Source: Microcystis aeruginosa NIES-2549
Lineage (GTDB): Bacteria > Cyanobacteriota > Cyanobacteriia > Cyanobacteriales > Microcystaceae
Reading direction: 5' to 3'
Assembly (NCBI RefSeq): GCF_000981785.2
Contig: NZ_CP011304.1
Span: 3,180,001 to 3,212,000 of the forward strand
Length of the DNA stretch: 32,000 bases
The notes below the pieces were generated by a model, which saw only the letters and a program-made list of their open reading frames with translations, searched no databases and was not told the DNA's origin. Shown one piece after another: positions 9,517 to 18,078 of the stretch; positions within the stretch are counted from its first letter, which is position 1; each line of letters starts with the position of its first letter. The translations under genes were made by a program, and so were the position numbers.

Positions 9517-9691
9517 AGTTTTTTCGGGAAAAAGTGAAAAGGAAAGGGTTAAAAATTTTGGGGCTATCCGATAGAAAAAAGAGGGGTTCGCAGGGCGACA
9601 CGGATTCCCATTATAATAAAAGGTTAACACAAATCTGAGAATTTGTCAAGCCCTTTTGTCAATAAATTTGGGAAAATTATCAGCCAAAAGA

Positions 9692-10279
9692 TCACCAAAA
9701 GTCAGTGATTTGGTAGCCAAAATCCGTTAACATCTGCCTAAATAGGGGTAAACTTAAACCGATAACATTACTGTGACATCCCTCCAATCTTTCTATGAAT
9801 AAACCCCCCTTTCCTTCTAAGGCAAAACAGCCGGCACATTTGAGGGGTTCTTCGGTGTCAACGTAGGCAATAATTGTTTCATCGCTGATATTGGCAAAGT
9901 GAACTTTAGTAATCCCACAACGAGTCAAAGTTTGATGATTAACTCGATCGATTAAAGCATGACCTGTATAGAGTGTACCCACCTGACCACGCATTTTTTG
10001 CCAACGCTCGATCGCTTCTGATTTATCCTTGGGTTTGCCATAGACTTCCCCCGCTACTTCTAAGACGGAATCACAACCAAGAATTAATCCTAAATCAAAT
10101 TGGGGGGCGATCGTTTGCGCTTTACATTGGGCTAAAGTTTGGACAAGATGGAGAGTATCATCGGCATTAATTGTCGATTCATCAAAGTTACTCACTCGCA
10201 CAATCGGATCGATTCCTACCATTTGTAATAGTTTTTTACGCGCGGGAGAAGCGGAAGCAAGAATCAAGGGAATAGACAT
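9692..10279 (-). CDS. maf: Maf-like nucleoside triphosphate pyrophosphatase
   Basis: The opening [13 protein letters not shown] plus GCDSV and a GYALEG-like block ([17 protein letters not shown]) are typical of Maf. The start is trimmed to the ATG at 10279..10277 ([11 protein letters not shown]), giving 195 aa. Confidence 0.85.
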   Translation of the reverse strand: MSIPLILASASPARKKLLQMVGIDPIVRVSNFDESTINADDTLHLVQTLAQCKAQTIAPQFDLGLILGCDSVLEVAGEVYGKPKDKSEAIERWQKMRGQVGTLYTGHALIDRVNHQTLTRCGITKVHFANISDETIIAYVDTEEPLKCAGCFALEGKGGLFIERLEGCHSNVIGLSLPLFRQMLTDFGYQITDFW

Positions 10280-10407
10280 AAGTTTTAAAGGAAAAAGTAA
10301 AAAAGTTAGGTAGGGTGGGTTAGGCAATGACAAATTATTAGAATTAATTATTAATTGATCTATTGGCCGTAACCCACCATCAGTTATCAGTTTTTTAGCT
10401 ATTTATG

Positions 10408-10818
10408 CTAAGAATTGGCAGGATTTTCGGGGGGAAAATAACGATCTAAAATCTCAACCATGCGGGATTGTCTTCCTTCATTGTCAAATCGATTGTAAAA
10501 ATCTGACTGAACCTCATAAAAATCCGACATCGATCGAGTTAATTGTCCTAGCAGTTGATCAAGTCCCTGTCTGTCTTTTTCCCATTCTTTTTTAGACTGA
10601 GCAAGACTATTAGTTAACGCTTCGATCGATTTGGCGTTAGAATTAGCGATCGCTCTAGTTTCTTTTAATCCCTGATTGGTTTCCTGTAGTCCTAATTTAA
10701 TCTCCTGTAATCCTAATCTAATCTCCTGTAATCCTGATTTAATCTCCTGTAGTTCTGTTAGGGTATTTTCAGCAAGAGATTCGAGTCTATCTAGTCTATT
10801 TTCTTCCGAGTTACTCAT
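10408..10818 (-). CDS. Hypothetical coiled-coil protein with tandem heptad repeats
   Basis: 136-aa ORF with an ATG start. It contains LQEIKSG-LQEIRLG-LQEIKLG-LQETNQG-LKETRAI. I recognise no catalytic motif. Confidence 0.5.
   Translation of the reverse strand: MSNSEENRLDRLESLAENTLTELQEIKSGLQEIRLGLQEIKLGLQETNQGLKETRAIANSNAKSIEALTNSLAQSKKEWEKDRQGLDQLLGQLTRSMSDFYEVQSDFYNRFDNEGRQSRMVEILDRYFPPENPANS
10670..10753 (-). repeat. In-frame 21-bp tandem repeat (4 clear units) inside the coiled-coil gene
   Basis: Plus-strand units are ccctgattggtttcctgtagt / cctaatttaatctcctgtaat / cctaatctaatctcctgtaat / cctgatttaatctcctgtagt. Each encodes one heptad on the minus strand. Confidence 0.9.
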
Positions 10819-10821
10819 ATT

Positions 10822-10884
10822 CAGTTATCAGTTATCAGTTATCAGTTACCAGTTATCAGTTACCAGTTATCAGTTACCAGTTAC
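10822..10884 (-). repeat. Heptanucleotide tandem array, 9 units, (A/G)TAACTG in the sense of the downstream gene
   Basis: The plus strand reads CAGTTAT x3, CAGTTAC, CAGTTAT, CAGTTAC, CAGTTAT, CAGTTAC x2. The array ends 3 nt upstream of the minus-strand ATG at 10818..10816. Confidence 0.95.
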
Positions 10885-11005
10885 CACTTCCCCACTGATT
10901 ACTGACTCAGTAAGTAATCTCAATTAATTGTTAGATAGTGGGACAGGCTTCTGGTTCTTTGTATGTTATCTTTAATTGTAACCGGCTACCTAGTTGATGA
11001 TAGGT

Positions 11006-11067
11006 GGTGCGTTACGACGGATTTTTACCTTTAAGTCAAAGCGGTGATTTTTGCCGTCTAACGCACC
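11006..11067. repeat. Imperfect long-loop inverted repeat (palindromic intergenic element, possible psbP-like terminator)
   Basis: ggtgcgttacgacgg (11006-11020) pairs with ccgtctaacgcacc (11054-11067). That gives 14 bp with one bulged base and a 33-nt loop. It lies about 30 nt downstream of the minus-strand stop at 11100-11102. Confidence 0.4.
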
Positions 11068-11099
11068 CTACATTTTACTATTGCCTGTTGCCAGTTTCC

Positions 11100-11648
11100 C
11101 TAACTAACCGAGAAAGAATCAACGATAGTTTCAAAGAGTTCTTGAATTTGCGTCCAACGTTTTTGGGAAGTGGAAAGATTAAAAGAATAGAGTTTATTAT
11201 TATTAACCGTGACGCTGGCCAGATTATGACGTTCTTGGCCGTTGGCTAATTTAACTTGATATTCGAGGATATAATAATCTTGACCGTCGATTTGATGAGA
11301 TTCTGAGCGAATTAATTCTACTTCCTTATCGAGATTGGGGTTAAGACTGTTATTTTTCAGGAGACGATAGCCAACTTCCGAGGGTGTCCCTAAATCTGTT
11401 AAGGTTTTATTGTCGGGAACGGGGTTGATAATAACGCTTAAATTTTCGCTCGTTTCGATCAGATCATGAAAAACCACATCTACTCCCGCAACTTTTTTCA
11501 CCTCCACCTGCGTCCAACCCTTAGGATATAAAAATTGATAGCCTTGGCTGCCACTGGTGTATCCTTGCAGTCCAGCGATGGGAGTTGTACAACCGGTGAA
11601 GAGGAGGGTGGTAATTAGGAGGAAAGTCGCCAAAAGAGATTTAATCAT
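11100..11648 (-). CDS. psbP: PsbP-like lipoprotein (CyanoP type)
   Basis: 182-aa ORF with a lipoprotein-type signal ending LLFTGC. The blocks GYQFLYPKGWTQV, DVVFHDLIETSENLSVII and YYILEY...RHNLASVTVNNNKLYSFNLST are characteristic of the cyanobacterial PsbP family. Confidence 0.75.
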   Translation of the reverse strand: MIKSLLATFLLITTLLFTGCTTPIAGLQGYTSGSQGYQFLYPKGWTQVEVKKVAGVDVVFHDLIETSENLSVIINPVPDNKTLTDLGTPSEVGYRLLKNNSLNPNLDKEVELIRSESHQIDGQDYYILEYQVKLANGQERHNLASVTVNNNKLYSFNLSTSQKRWTQIQELFETIVDSFSVS

Positions 11649-11710
11649 GATATTTTGACCTGTAAGTAGGGCTGTTTAATTTTACCTTGAATTGTTTAGG
11701 TGAACGGATT

Positions 11711-12493
11711 ATGAAAATTAAGAAAAAATTGACAATTATTATGGCTATAGCGACTTTTTTACTGACTATCTCTCCCCTAAGCGCTCAAACTACCGCTAAC
11801 CCCGTCAAGGCTGTAGAATTTTATAATCGGGGGGTGGATCGTTTAACCGCAGGGGATTACTCAGGGGCGATCGCAGATTTTACTCAAGCTCTACAATTAG
11901 AACCGAAGGATGCCGATGCTTACTATAATCGCGGCTATGCGGAATTAGTTCTCGGCCAGTACGAGCGAGCGATCGCAGATTATACCCAGACCTTGACAAT
12001 CAACCCCAATTATGTTAATGCTCTCGGTAATCGTTGTTATGCCTATTATCTGACGAAAAAATACGAGGCAGCGGTGGAAGATTGCACAAAAGCGATCGCT
12101 TTAAACGGAAATTTTGCTGATTTCTTTATTTATCGCGGTAATGCTAAGGATGACTTGGGAAGACACGCAGAAGCGATCGAGGATTACACAAAAGCTTTGA
12201 GTTTACAGGGAACCAGAGGACAGGATCGCATTTTCTATAATCGCGCTCTAGCCTATAACCGAGCCGGACAGCAGGAAATGGCTTTAAGGGACTATGATGA
12301 GAGTCTGAAAATCAATGCTAATTTTGCCGAAGCGTACCACAATCGGGGTTTAACCCATTATAAATTGGGAAACAGGGAAAAAGCGATCGCTGATTTAGAG
12401 GCGGCGGCTCGTCTAGCGTTATCTCAGGGTAAACAGGGGACTGCGGCTAAGTCTCAGTCAGCAGTGGCATTAATTCAGGGTCAAAAGCCTTAA
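11711..12493 (+). CDS. Secreted or periplasmic tetratricopeptide (TPR) repeat protein
   Basis: The ATG at 11711 gives MKIKKKLTIIMAIATFLLTISPLSAQ, a signal peptide. Repeated 34-aa TPR units follow (AIADFTQALQLEPKDADAYYNRG, AIADYTQTLTINPNYVNALGNR, and more). The track ORF starts at an upstream TTG that I consider unlikely. Confidence 0.8.
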   Translation: MKIKKKLTIIMAIATFLLTISPLSAQTTANPVKAVEFYNRGVDRLTAGDYSGAIADFTQALQLEPKDADAYYNRGYAELVLGQYERAIADYTQTLTINPNYVNALGNRCYAYYLTKKYEAAVEDCTKAIALNGNFADFFIYRGNAKDDLGRHAEAIEDYTKALSLQGTRGQDRIFYNRALAYNRAGQQEMALRDYDESLKINANFAEAYHNRGLTHYKLGNREKAIADLEAAARLALSQGKQGTAAKSQSAVALIQGQKP

Positions 12494-12567
12494 AATCGGG
12501 AGTAGTTGTGATATTAGCACTAAATAGGAGTGAAAGAGGCTAAATCGCAACTACGAGGGACTAAATT

Positions 12568-12747
12568 TTAGCCAGCTTGGGATGCGTAAAAAGCGACGGC
12601 TAACAGTCCACCCACAAGTGTGATCGCAGCAACACCCCAGAAAATATAATTACGTTGTTGCGATTTAGTCGGGGGATCCGCTTGATAAACTTTCGGTTCG
12701 GCGGCGAAATTATTTAAGCGTCCACCTTCTTCGTTTGTATAAGGCAT
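12568..12747 (-). CDS. psb34: Small single-helix thylakoid protein, ssl1498/Psb34-like (recognised from memory)
   Basis: MPYTNEEGGRLNNFAAEPKVYQADPP is followed by one C-terminal TM helix (IFWGVAAITLVGGLLAVAFYA). The ATG at 12747..12745 is preceded by GAGG about 8 nt upstream. The track ORF starts 2 codons earlier at a TTG. Confidence 0.55.
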   Translation of the reverse strand: MPYTNEEGGRLNNFAAEPKVYQADPPTKSQQRNYIFWGVAAITLVGGLLAVAFYASQAG

Positions 12748-12830
12748 AATCAAAACCTCAAATATGACAATTTTTCAGGAAAAAGATCCTCTTATTACAA
12801 TAGTACAACATATTAGTAACCGAGTCGGAG

Positions 12831-12953
12831 ATGTGGGAAATTCTCACGGGGATAACAATTCTTAGTCTTGGGGTAACTGCCGGACTCTGCTACTTTTATT
12901 TGCGATCGCAATTTCAAGGATTGAAACTGCGAAAACAACTTAAAAAAGGCTAA
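12831..12953 (+). CDS. Candidate 40-codon single-TM micro-protein (below the ORF-track length cutoff)
   Basis: The ATG at 12831 directly follows GGAG. The translation is MWEILTGITILSLGVTAGLCYFYLRSQFQGLKLRKQLKKG, one hydrophobic helix plus a basic tail. A TACAAT -10-like hexamer lies at 12796-12801. I recognise no family. Confidence 0.3.
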   Translation: MWEILTGITILSLGVTAGLCYFYLRSQFQGLKLRKQLKKG

Positions 12954-13143
12954 TCATACTAAATCCGTTTTTAATACTATGATTAACTCCCAAGTTATGG
13001 ATTGTTTTTCCCTGCTCCCTGATCCAGCGTTCCCCACTCTCCTATACCTTTTAAACAGAATTTAGTATTAGGTGTTGGGATAGGGGGAGGTGGTTGCGTT
13101 AATATTAGTTACTGTATCTAATAACGCCGGAAAAAAACTATAG

Positions 13144-13734
13144 ATGAATTCTCCCTATGCAGATGTCTCTCCTAGTAATTGGTTATCTATCACCCAACGA
13201 CTTGTGGAAAGACATCCCCTATCTACCGATGCAATTGTTGATGTTGTTTTAACATCTTGGCAATCAATTTTTAATTCTCAGTTAGGTACAAAAGGTTTTA
13301 GAATTGGTAGGGATATCTTCCCTAAACCTCAAATTATGGGTTTTCTACTTCATGAATTAATTCCTTTAGAACTAAAAGCAAAATATCCCGATTTCTGGAG
13401 AGGAGATATCAGTATATCTGATAAAGATATTGTCTATATACCTGATGACTTTTTTTCAATTGAAGTCAAAACCTCCTCTGATCCTAGACATATATATGGC
13501 AATAGAAGCTATGCTCAAAATTCTAATAACAGCAAAAAAGGTAAGTCTGGATACTATTTAGCAGTTAACTTTGAGAAGTTTTCTAATACTACTAATCCTC
13601 AGATTAAACTAATTCGTTTCGGTTGGATTGATTCTGGGGATTGGATTGGGCAAAAGGCAGCTACAGGTCAACAATCGCGTCTTTCCTCTGACGTAGAAAA
13701 TTATAAATTGCTCCAATTGTATCGAAAAATCTAG
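13144..13734 (+). CDS. Candidate type II restriction endonuclease (PD-(D/E)xK-like)
   Basis: 196-aa ORF convergent with the adjacent DNA methyltransferase and overlapping it by 4 nt. It has a possible nuclease core DKDIVYIPDDFFSIEVKTSS (D...E-x-K). The region is AT-rich and has no HIP1 site. The call rests on context and a weak motif. Confidence 0.5.
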   Translation: MNSPYADVSPSNWLSITQRLVERHPLSTDAIVDVVLTSWQSIFNSQLGTKGFRIGRDIFPKPQIMGFLLHELIPLELKAKYPDFWRGDISISDKDIVYIPDDFFSIEVKTSSDPRHIYGNRSYAQNSNNSKKGKSGYYLAVNFEKFSNTTNPQIKLIRFGWIDSGDWIGQKAATGQQSRLSSDVENYKLLQLYRKI

Positions 13735-14780
13735 AATAACGAGCCTTGAATATAAGTATTGCTTCTTTCTTTTTTAAATCTTTTAAATCTCTCTGCAGCT
13801 ATCTCGCAATAGTCTGGTCGAATTTCAAAACCCACAAAAATTCTTCCTAATCCCAAGGCCGCTATTCCTGTAGAACAAGAACCAGCAAAGGGATCAAGAA
13901 TTATTTCTACCGGATTAGATGAAGCTTGTATAATTCTCTCGACAATTGCTAAAGGAAATTGTGCGGGATGTCCGGTTCTTTCCTTAGAACTGCGCTTTTC
14001 TCCTGTAGTGACTTTAGGAACTTCCCACACATCAGAAGGATTTTTACCGAGGGGATTACAACGATATTTACCATTTTTCTTTTGATTGGGATACTTAACG
14101 TTAGGGTCACGAATATTATCTAAGTTAAAAGTATATTCTTGGCAATTTTTGAGATAAAAAAGCCATTTTTCATTGCGAGGACTAAGACGATTTTTTGTAG
14201 AAACACCTGCCCCATATTTCCAGACAATTTCTTGTAAAAGATAAAAGGGAGACTTATCCCAAAGAAGATAGGGAATCGGAACACATAATCCCTTTTCTGG
14301 TACTTCTAAATAACCAACATTTAGCCACAAAGCACCGTTATCTTGAGTAATCTGATAAATTTGCCGCAGCCAATTAGCACACCAATCAACATAGTCATTG
14401 ATTGAAAGAACTCGTTCATATTCTTTGCCAATATTATAAGGTGGTGATGTAACAGTGAGGTCAATTTTTATGTCACTATGAGATAGTTTAGACAAAAAGT
14501 CTGTGGCATCTCCTTGATAAAGAATAAAGCCGTTGTCCGAGTAAAAAGGTTGACCAAGATGACTAACCAGAATTTCTTTAAGAAAATTAAATTTGTTGGC
14601 TCTATCTTTTTCTAACTCTGGAGAAAATGGCTGTAGTAAGGAGGAAGGAGCAATCTGAGTTGATTGATGATCAACAATTCCCTCTGCTAGATAAGAGTTT
14701 TGTTCCTTGCTGGCAATTGGACGAGACTCATCTTCCCTAGACGATAGTTTTTTTTGTTTCCGCTGGGACTCTACAACCAT
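13731..14780 (-). CDS. DNA methyltransferase, beta-class N4-cytosine/N6-adenine type (N6_N4_Mtase)
   Basis: 349-aa ORF. Motif IV DLTVTSPPY (SPPY at aa 112-115) precedes motif I ILDPFAGSCSTGIAA (aa ~294-308), the circular permutation typical of beta-class enzymes. The SPPY variant is seen more often in m4C enzymes. Confidence 0.85.
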   Translation of the reverse strand: MVVESQRKQKKLSSREDESRPIASKEQNSYLAEGIVDHQSTQIAPSSLLQPFSPELEKDRANKFNFLKEILVSHLGQPFYSDNGFILYQGDATDFLSKLSHSDIKIDLTVTSPPYNIGKEYERVLSINDYVDWCANWLRQIYQITQDNGALWLNVGYLEVPEKGLCVPIPYLLWDKSPFYLLQEIVWKYGAGVSTKNRLSPRNEKWLFYLKNCQEYTFNLDNIRDPNVKYPNQKKNGKYRCNPLGKNPSDVWEVPKVTTGEKRSSKERTGHPAQFPLAIVERIIQASSNPVEIILDPFAGSCSTGIAALGLGRIFVGFEIRPDYCEIAAERFKRFKKERSNTYIQGSLF

Positions 14781-15016
14781 AATCTCAAAGGACAGGTAAG
14801 TATTTTGATAGTTTTAATTATGCCCTTATTTTAGCAAAATATCACTGGAGTTGTGCTTAATTTAATAACTTTTGTAATCATTCTCCTTCCCTTACCCTGG
14901 ATGGGGGGGGTAAAACCCCACCAAGAGTTAAAGATTGACTGATAAAGCAGCGAGTTTTCCTTGAAAAATCTCAACTGAGTAGATTGATAATTAGGGTATG
15001 CACCCGAAAATTATCC

Positions 15017-16027
15017 CTAAAATGGTGGTAAATAACCCATGGCATTTTTGACTCGATCGAGAGTTTGATTGGCCACCGCTTCTGCTTTGAGACGACCTTG
15101 CCGCAAAACCGTGGCTAAATAATCTTTATCCTCTCTAATTTGAGCGTATTTTTCCTGAATAGGTTTCAGAGATTCTATGGTAACTTCTGTTAACATCGGT
15201 TTAAATTGTCCCCAACCTAAATCGGCACATTCTCCCGCGACCACCTCTTTACTTTTTGCCGATAAAATGCTATAGAGAGTTAATAAATTATGGCATTCGG
15301 GACGCTCCGGATCATCGAAACTTAAACCCTTAACTAGATCGGTTTTACAGCGTTTAATTTTCTTGGCAATGACATCGGGACTATCGAGAATATTAATCCG
15401 ACTCATCTCGGAAGGATCGGATTTAGACATTTTATTCCGGCCATCGGTTAAACTCATCACCCGCGCTCCTTCCTTGCGGATCATCGGATCAGGAAGTTTT
15501 AAAATTGGTTGTTTCGGTTGTCCAAAAAGATGATTAATTCTAACGGCTATATCGCGGGTTAATTCTAAATGTTGTTTTTGATCTTCTCCCACGGGTACTT
15601 TATCGGCATCGTAGAGTAGGATATCGGCAGCCATCAGTACGGGATAATCGAGTAAACCTGTGCCAACATTTTCCCCCTGTTTAATCGCTTTTTCTTTAAA
15701 TTGAATCATATCGGTTAACCAATTTAAAGGGGTGATACAATTCAATAACCAAGTTAATTCCGTATGGGCCTTAACGTGGGATTGGACAAAGATAGTCGCA
15801 TATTCTAAATCAATTCCGCAGGCTAAATATAAAGCGGCAATTGCTAAAGTATCCTCCGCAAGAGTGGCGGGATTATGGGGAACGGTGATCGCGTGTAAAT
15901 CGACCACACAAAAGAAATTATCGTAGTCTTTTTGTCCCTCCACCCAATTGCGGATCGCACCGAGATAATTGCCTAAATGTAAATTGCCGGTTGGTTGCAC
16001 ACCAGATAAGATTCTTTGTTTACCCAT
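15017..16027 (-). CDS. trpS: Tryptophan--tRNA ligase
   Basis: It has a HIGH-type motif (QPTGNLHLGNYLG) and KMSKS. I prefer the second ATG (16027..16025, MGKQRILSGVQPTG) because AGGAG sits immediately upstream of it. The track ORF starts 8 codons earlier at 16051. Confidence 0.95.
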   Translation of the reverse strand: MGKQRILSGVQPTGNLHLGNYLGAIRNWVEGQKDYDNFFCVVDLHAITVPHNPATLAEDTLAIAALYLACGIDLEYATIFVQSHVKAHTELTWLLNCITPLNWLTDMIQFKEKAIKQGENVGTGLLDYPVLMAADILLYDADKVPVGEDQKQHLELTRDIAVRINHLFGQPKQPILKLPDPMIRKEGARVMSLTDGRNKMSKSDPSEMSRINILDSPDVIAKKIKRCKTDLVKGLSFDDPERPECHNLLTLYSILSAKSKEVVAGECADLGWGQFKPMLTEVTIESLKPIQEKYAQIREDKDYLATVLRQGRLKAEAVANQTLDRVKNAMGYLPPF

Positions 16028-16087
16028 AACTCCTGCGATCGCTTTTTTCATGATTTTATTGTATCAGTTTTTGCCGCTAATTTCATC

Positions 16088-17401
16088 CTAAATCCAATTG
16101 GGAAAAATCATTCTCAGATAATAATCCAGCACTGACAGGGGAATGCCTAAATAAATTGGTAGCCAATGGATAAAAGCAAAAATTATCAAAATTATCAGCA
16201 AGCGCGAGACATTTTTATAAATAGGAGTGGAACTTTCTAAACCATCGGCTAACAGCCAAGCTAGAGCAATCCAAGTGAAGCTATAGGCAGCCATATAATG
16301 ATAGAGAAAGGTACAGCGACCAATTTTTAACCAGGGCAGCAGATTGGCAATATAGTTACAGATAAGATAGGCGGAAATTACTCGCTCTTTTCGGTTAAAT
16401 AATCGACTAAAAACCACTAGAATCGCTCCCGTAGAAAACCACCACAAAAACGGATTTCCCATAGCGTGAACATCATAAATTTTATCACCTAATCTCTCAA
16501 AATAATAAGCCACAGGTCGCCCCATTACTAACCAACTATACCAGGGAGAACAATAGGGATGAACATCAGATTGATTACCTTTTATTCTCTGATGAAATGA
16601 CCAAATTTCCTGATGTACTTGCCAAAAATTATATTGATGGTTGACGAGAAGATGCGGTATCCACAGCAAACTATAGGTGACTAGGGGAAAGACAATTAAG
16701 GCGATAAAAATGTCCTCTAATCTCAGGTTAGTTGCCTTTGTCCAAAGATTATCTTTTGACTGCTCTTGATTCAATAATTTTATTAACCAAGCAATACCGA
16801 TAAAAATAAATATTCCTAGTAAAAATCCTAAGCCATTCCATTTAATATTTGCCGCTAAACCGAAAGAAACTCCTGATAATAATAGCCAATTGAGTTTCTG
16901 ATTTTTCTGGAGTGCTAATAAAAAAAATAATTGTCCAGACAAACCGAATAAAATTAAGTAAATATTATTGAGAGCATAGCGGGATTCCACCAGAAATAAT
17001 CCGTCTAAACTAGCGAGGAAAGTTGTGATTAAAAATACAGTTTTTCTCTGGGTTAATTGATAAGCAATTCCCCCAATAATTAGGGGAATAAAAGAACCAG
17101 TCAAAGCATTTAACCAGCGATAACTAAAAGTTGAGCGCAGGGAACCTGTTAAATTATTAATGGTTTCAGGATCGGCAGGAAAATGGGAACCAATCCAGAT
17201 ACTAATAGCAATTAAATATTGACTTAACGGTGGATGAGACTGGAAAAAATCTTTACCGATTAGATATTCATTGCCGTATTTAGCATAATAAACTTCATCG
17301 AAAACAAGTGTATTAAATTGACTGAGATTCCAGAATCTTATTGCCAGAGAAAATAAAAATATCCCTAGGATAGATAGGTTAAATTTTACTTGAGAATTCA
17401 T
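16088..17401 (-). CDS. GT39/PMT-type (ArnT-like) membrane glycosyltransferase dependent on a lipid-linked sugar donor
   Basis: 437-aa polytopic membrane ORF. The loop-1 motif VFDEVYYAKYG (DE motif) is typical of dolichyl/polyprenyl-phosphate-mannose protein mannosyltransferase-like enzymes. Confidence 0.75.
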   Translation of the reverse strand: MNSQVKFNLSILGIFLFSLAIRFWNLSQFNTLVFDEVYYAKYGNEYLIGKDFFQSHPPLSQYLIAISIWIGSHFPADPETINNLTGSLRSTFSYRWLNALTGSFIPLIIGGIAYQLTQRKTVFLITTFLASLDGLFLVESRYALNNIYLILFGLSGQLFFLLALQKNQKLNWLLLSGVSFGLAANIKWNGLGFLLGIFIFIGIAWLIKLLNQEQSKDNLWTKATNLRLEDIFIALIVFPLVTYSLLWIPHLLVNHQYNFWQVHQEIWSFHQRIKGNQSDVHPYCSPWYSWLVMGRPVAYYFERLGDKIYDVHAMGNPFLWWFSTGAILVVFSRLFNRKERVISAYLICNYIANLLPWLKIGRCTFLYHYMAAYSFTWIALAWLLADGLESSTPIYKNVSRLLIILIIFAFIHWLPIYLGIPLSVLDYYLRMIFPNWI

Positions 17402-17417
17402 GGAAAAATAATAGTTA

Positions 17418-18044
17418 TTATAACTGGGAATTTTCTGTTAAACGCGAGCGAAATTCTTTGACGGCAAGACGGGGATTAGGATGGTTAACATATTCGGCTA
17501 ATAATTCTAAATTTAAATCTGGTAATAAAGCACTTTTAGGGATTAAAATATATTCGCCATTCTCTTGCAAAGAATAGATTTTTAACTGATTATCTTGCCA
17601 AAACCAAACCTCTTGAGTTCCCAATCTTTTATAAACTTCTAAAACTTTCAGGCTGCCACTGGTTAAGATTATTTCTATCGCCAAATCAGGAAACTCTTTT
17701 TCTGTAAATAAACAAAAACATTCATCTGGTTCTTTTCCCGCTTCTTTTTCCTGTTTTCGCAAAGTGGTGGAACCTAATCCCCAGAAATCAATTTCAGCAT
17801 ATTCTAAATAAACTTCTACCAATCTACCGATATTTTTTTTGCTAACTTCGTGACGACGACTAGGAGCCATAATTTCTACCATTCCATCTAAGTAAGTAAT
17901 GCGATAACTGGAACTATCTTCTAAATGTTTTAAGAGGGTTTCGTACTGTTGCCAATTAACCCCAGAAATTAACATTCTTTGTTCAGGATCATTAGCTTTT
18001 AACTCGAAATCTTCTAATCCTTGTAACAGAATCGTAGTCATCAT
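17418..18044 (-). CDS. Uma2 family (DUF820) PD-(D/E)xK nuclease-fold protein
   Basis: 208-aa ORF with family blocks NWQQYETLLKHL, RITYLDGMVEIMAPSRRHE, EPDECFCLF, PDLAIEIILTS and GTQEVWFW. Confidence 0.8.
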   Translation of the reverse strand: MMTTILLQGLEDFELKANDPEQRMLISGVNWQQYETLLKHLEDSSSYRITYLDGMVEIMAPSRRHEVSKKNIGRLVEVYLEYAEIDFWGLGSTTLRKQEKEAGKEPDECFCLFTEKEFPDLAIEIILTSGSLKVLEVYKRLGTQEVWFWQDNQLKIYSLQENGEYILIPKSALLPDLNLELLAEYVNHPNPRLAVKEFRSRLTENSQL

Positions 18045-18078
18045 ACAATTAATTACCTCATCTATCTTACTTAATTAC

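Noticed and set aside
9517-9630. 38-codon N-terminal extension of ureG in the track ORF; a similar 18-codon extension of maf lies at 10280-10333
   Set aside because: The conserved protein families begin at the internal ATGs ([17 protein letters not shown] and [11 protein letters not shown]). The extensions are not family-like.
9161-10170. Shadow ORFs 9161-9391(+) and 9973-10170(+), opposite ureG and maf
   Set aside because: They are antisense to strongly supported genes and have no motifs.
10670-10884. Short regularly spaced repeats considered as a possible CRISPR array
   Set aside because: The 7-bp and 21-bp units are contiguous with no unique spacers. The 21-bp units are in frame within a CDS, and no cas genes are present. 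This is not a CRISPR array.
10676-11249. ORFs 10676-10927(+) and 11004-11249(+)
   Set aside because: The first is the antisense reading of the 21-bp repeats continuing through the heptamer array (SCNPNLISCNPNLISC...SYQLSVISYQLSV), a repeat artefact. The second spans a palindromic intergenic element and the antisense 3' end of the psbP-like gene.
15732-15926. 64-aa plus-strand ORF inside trpS
   Set aside because: It is antisense to trpS, which is unambiguous.
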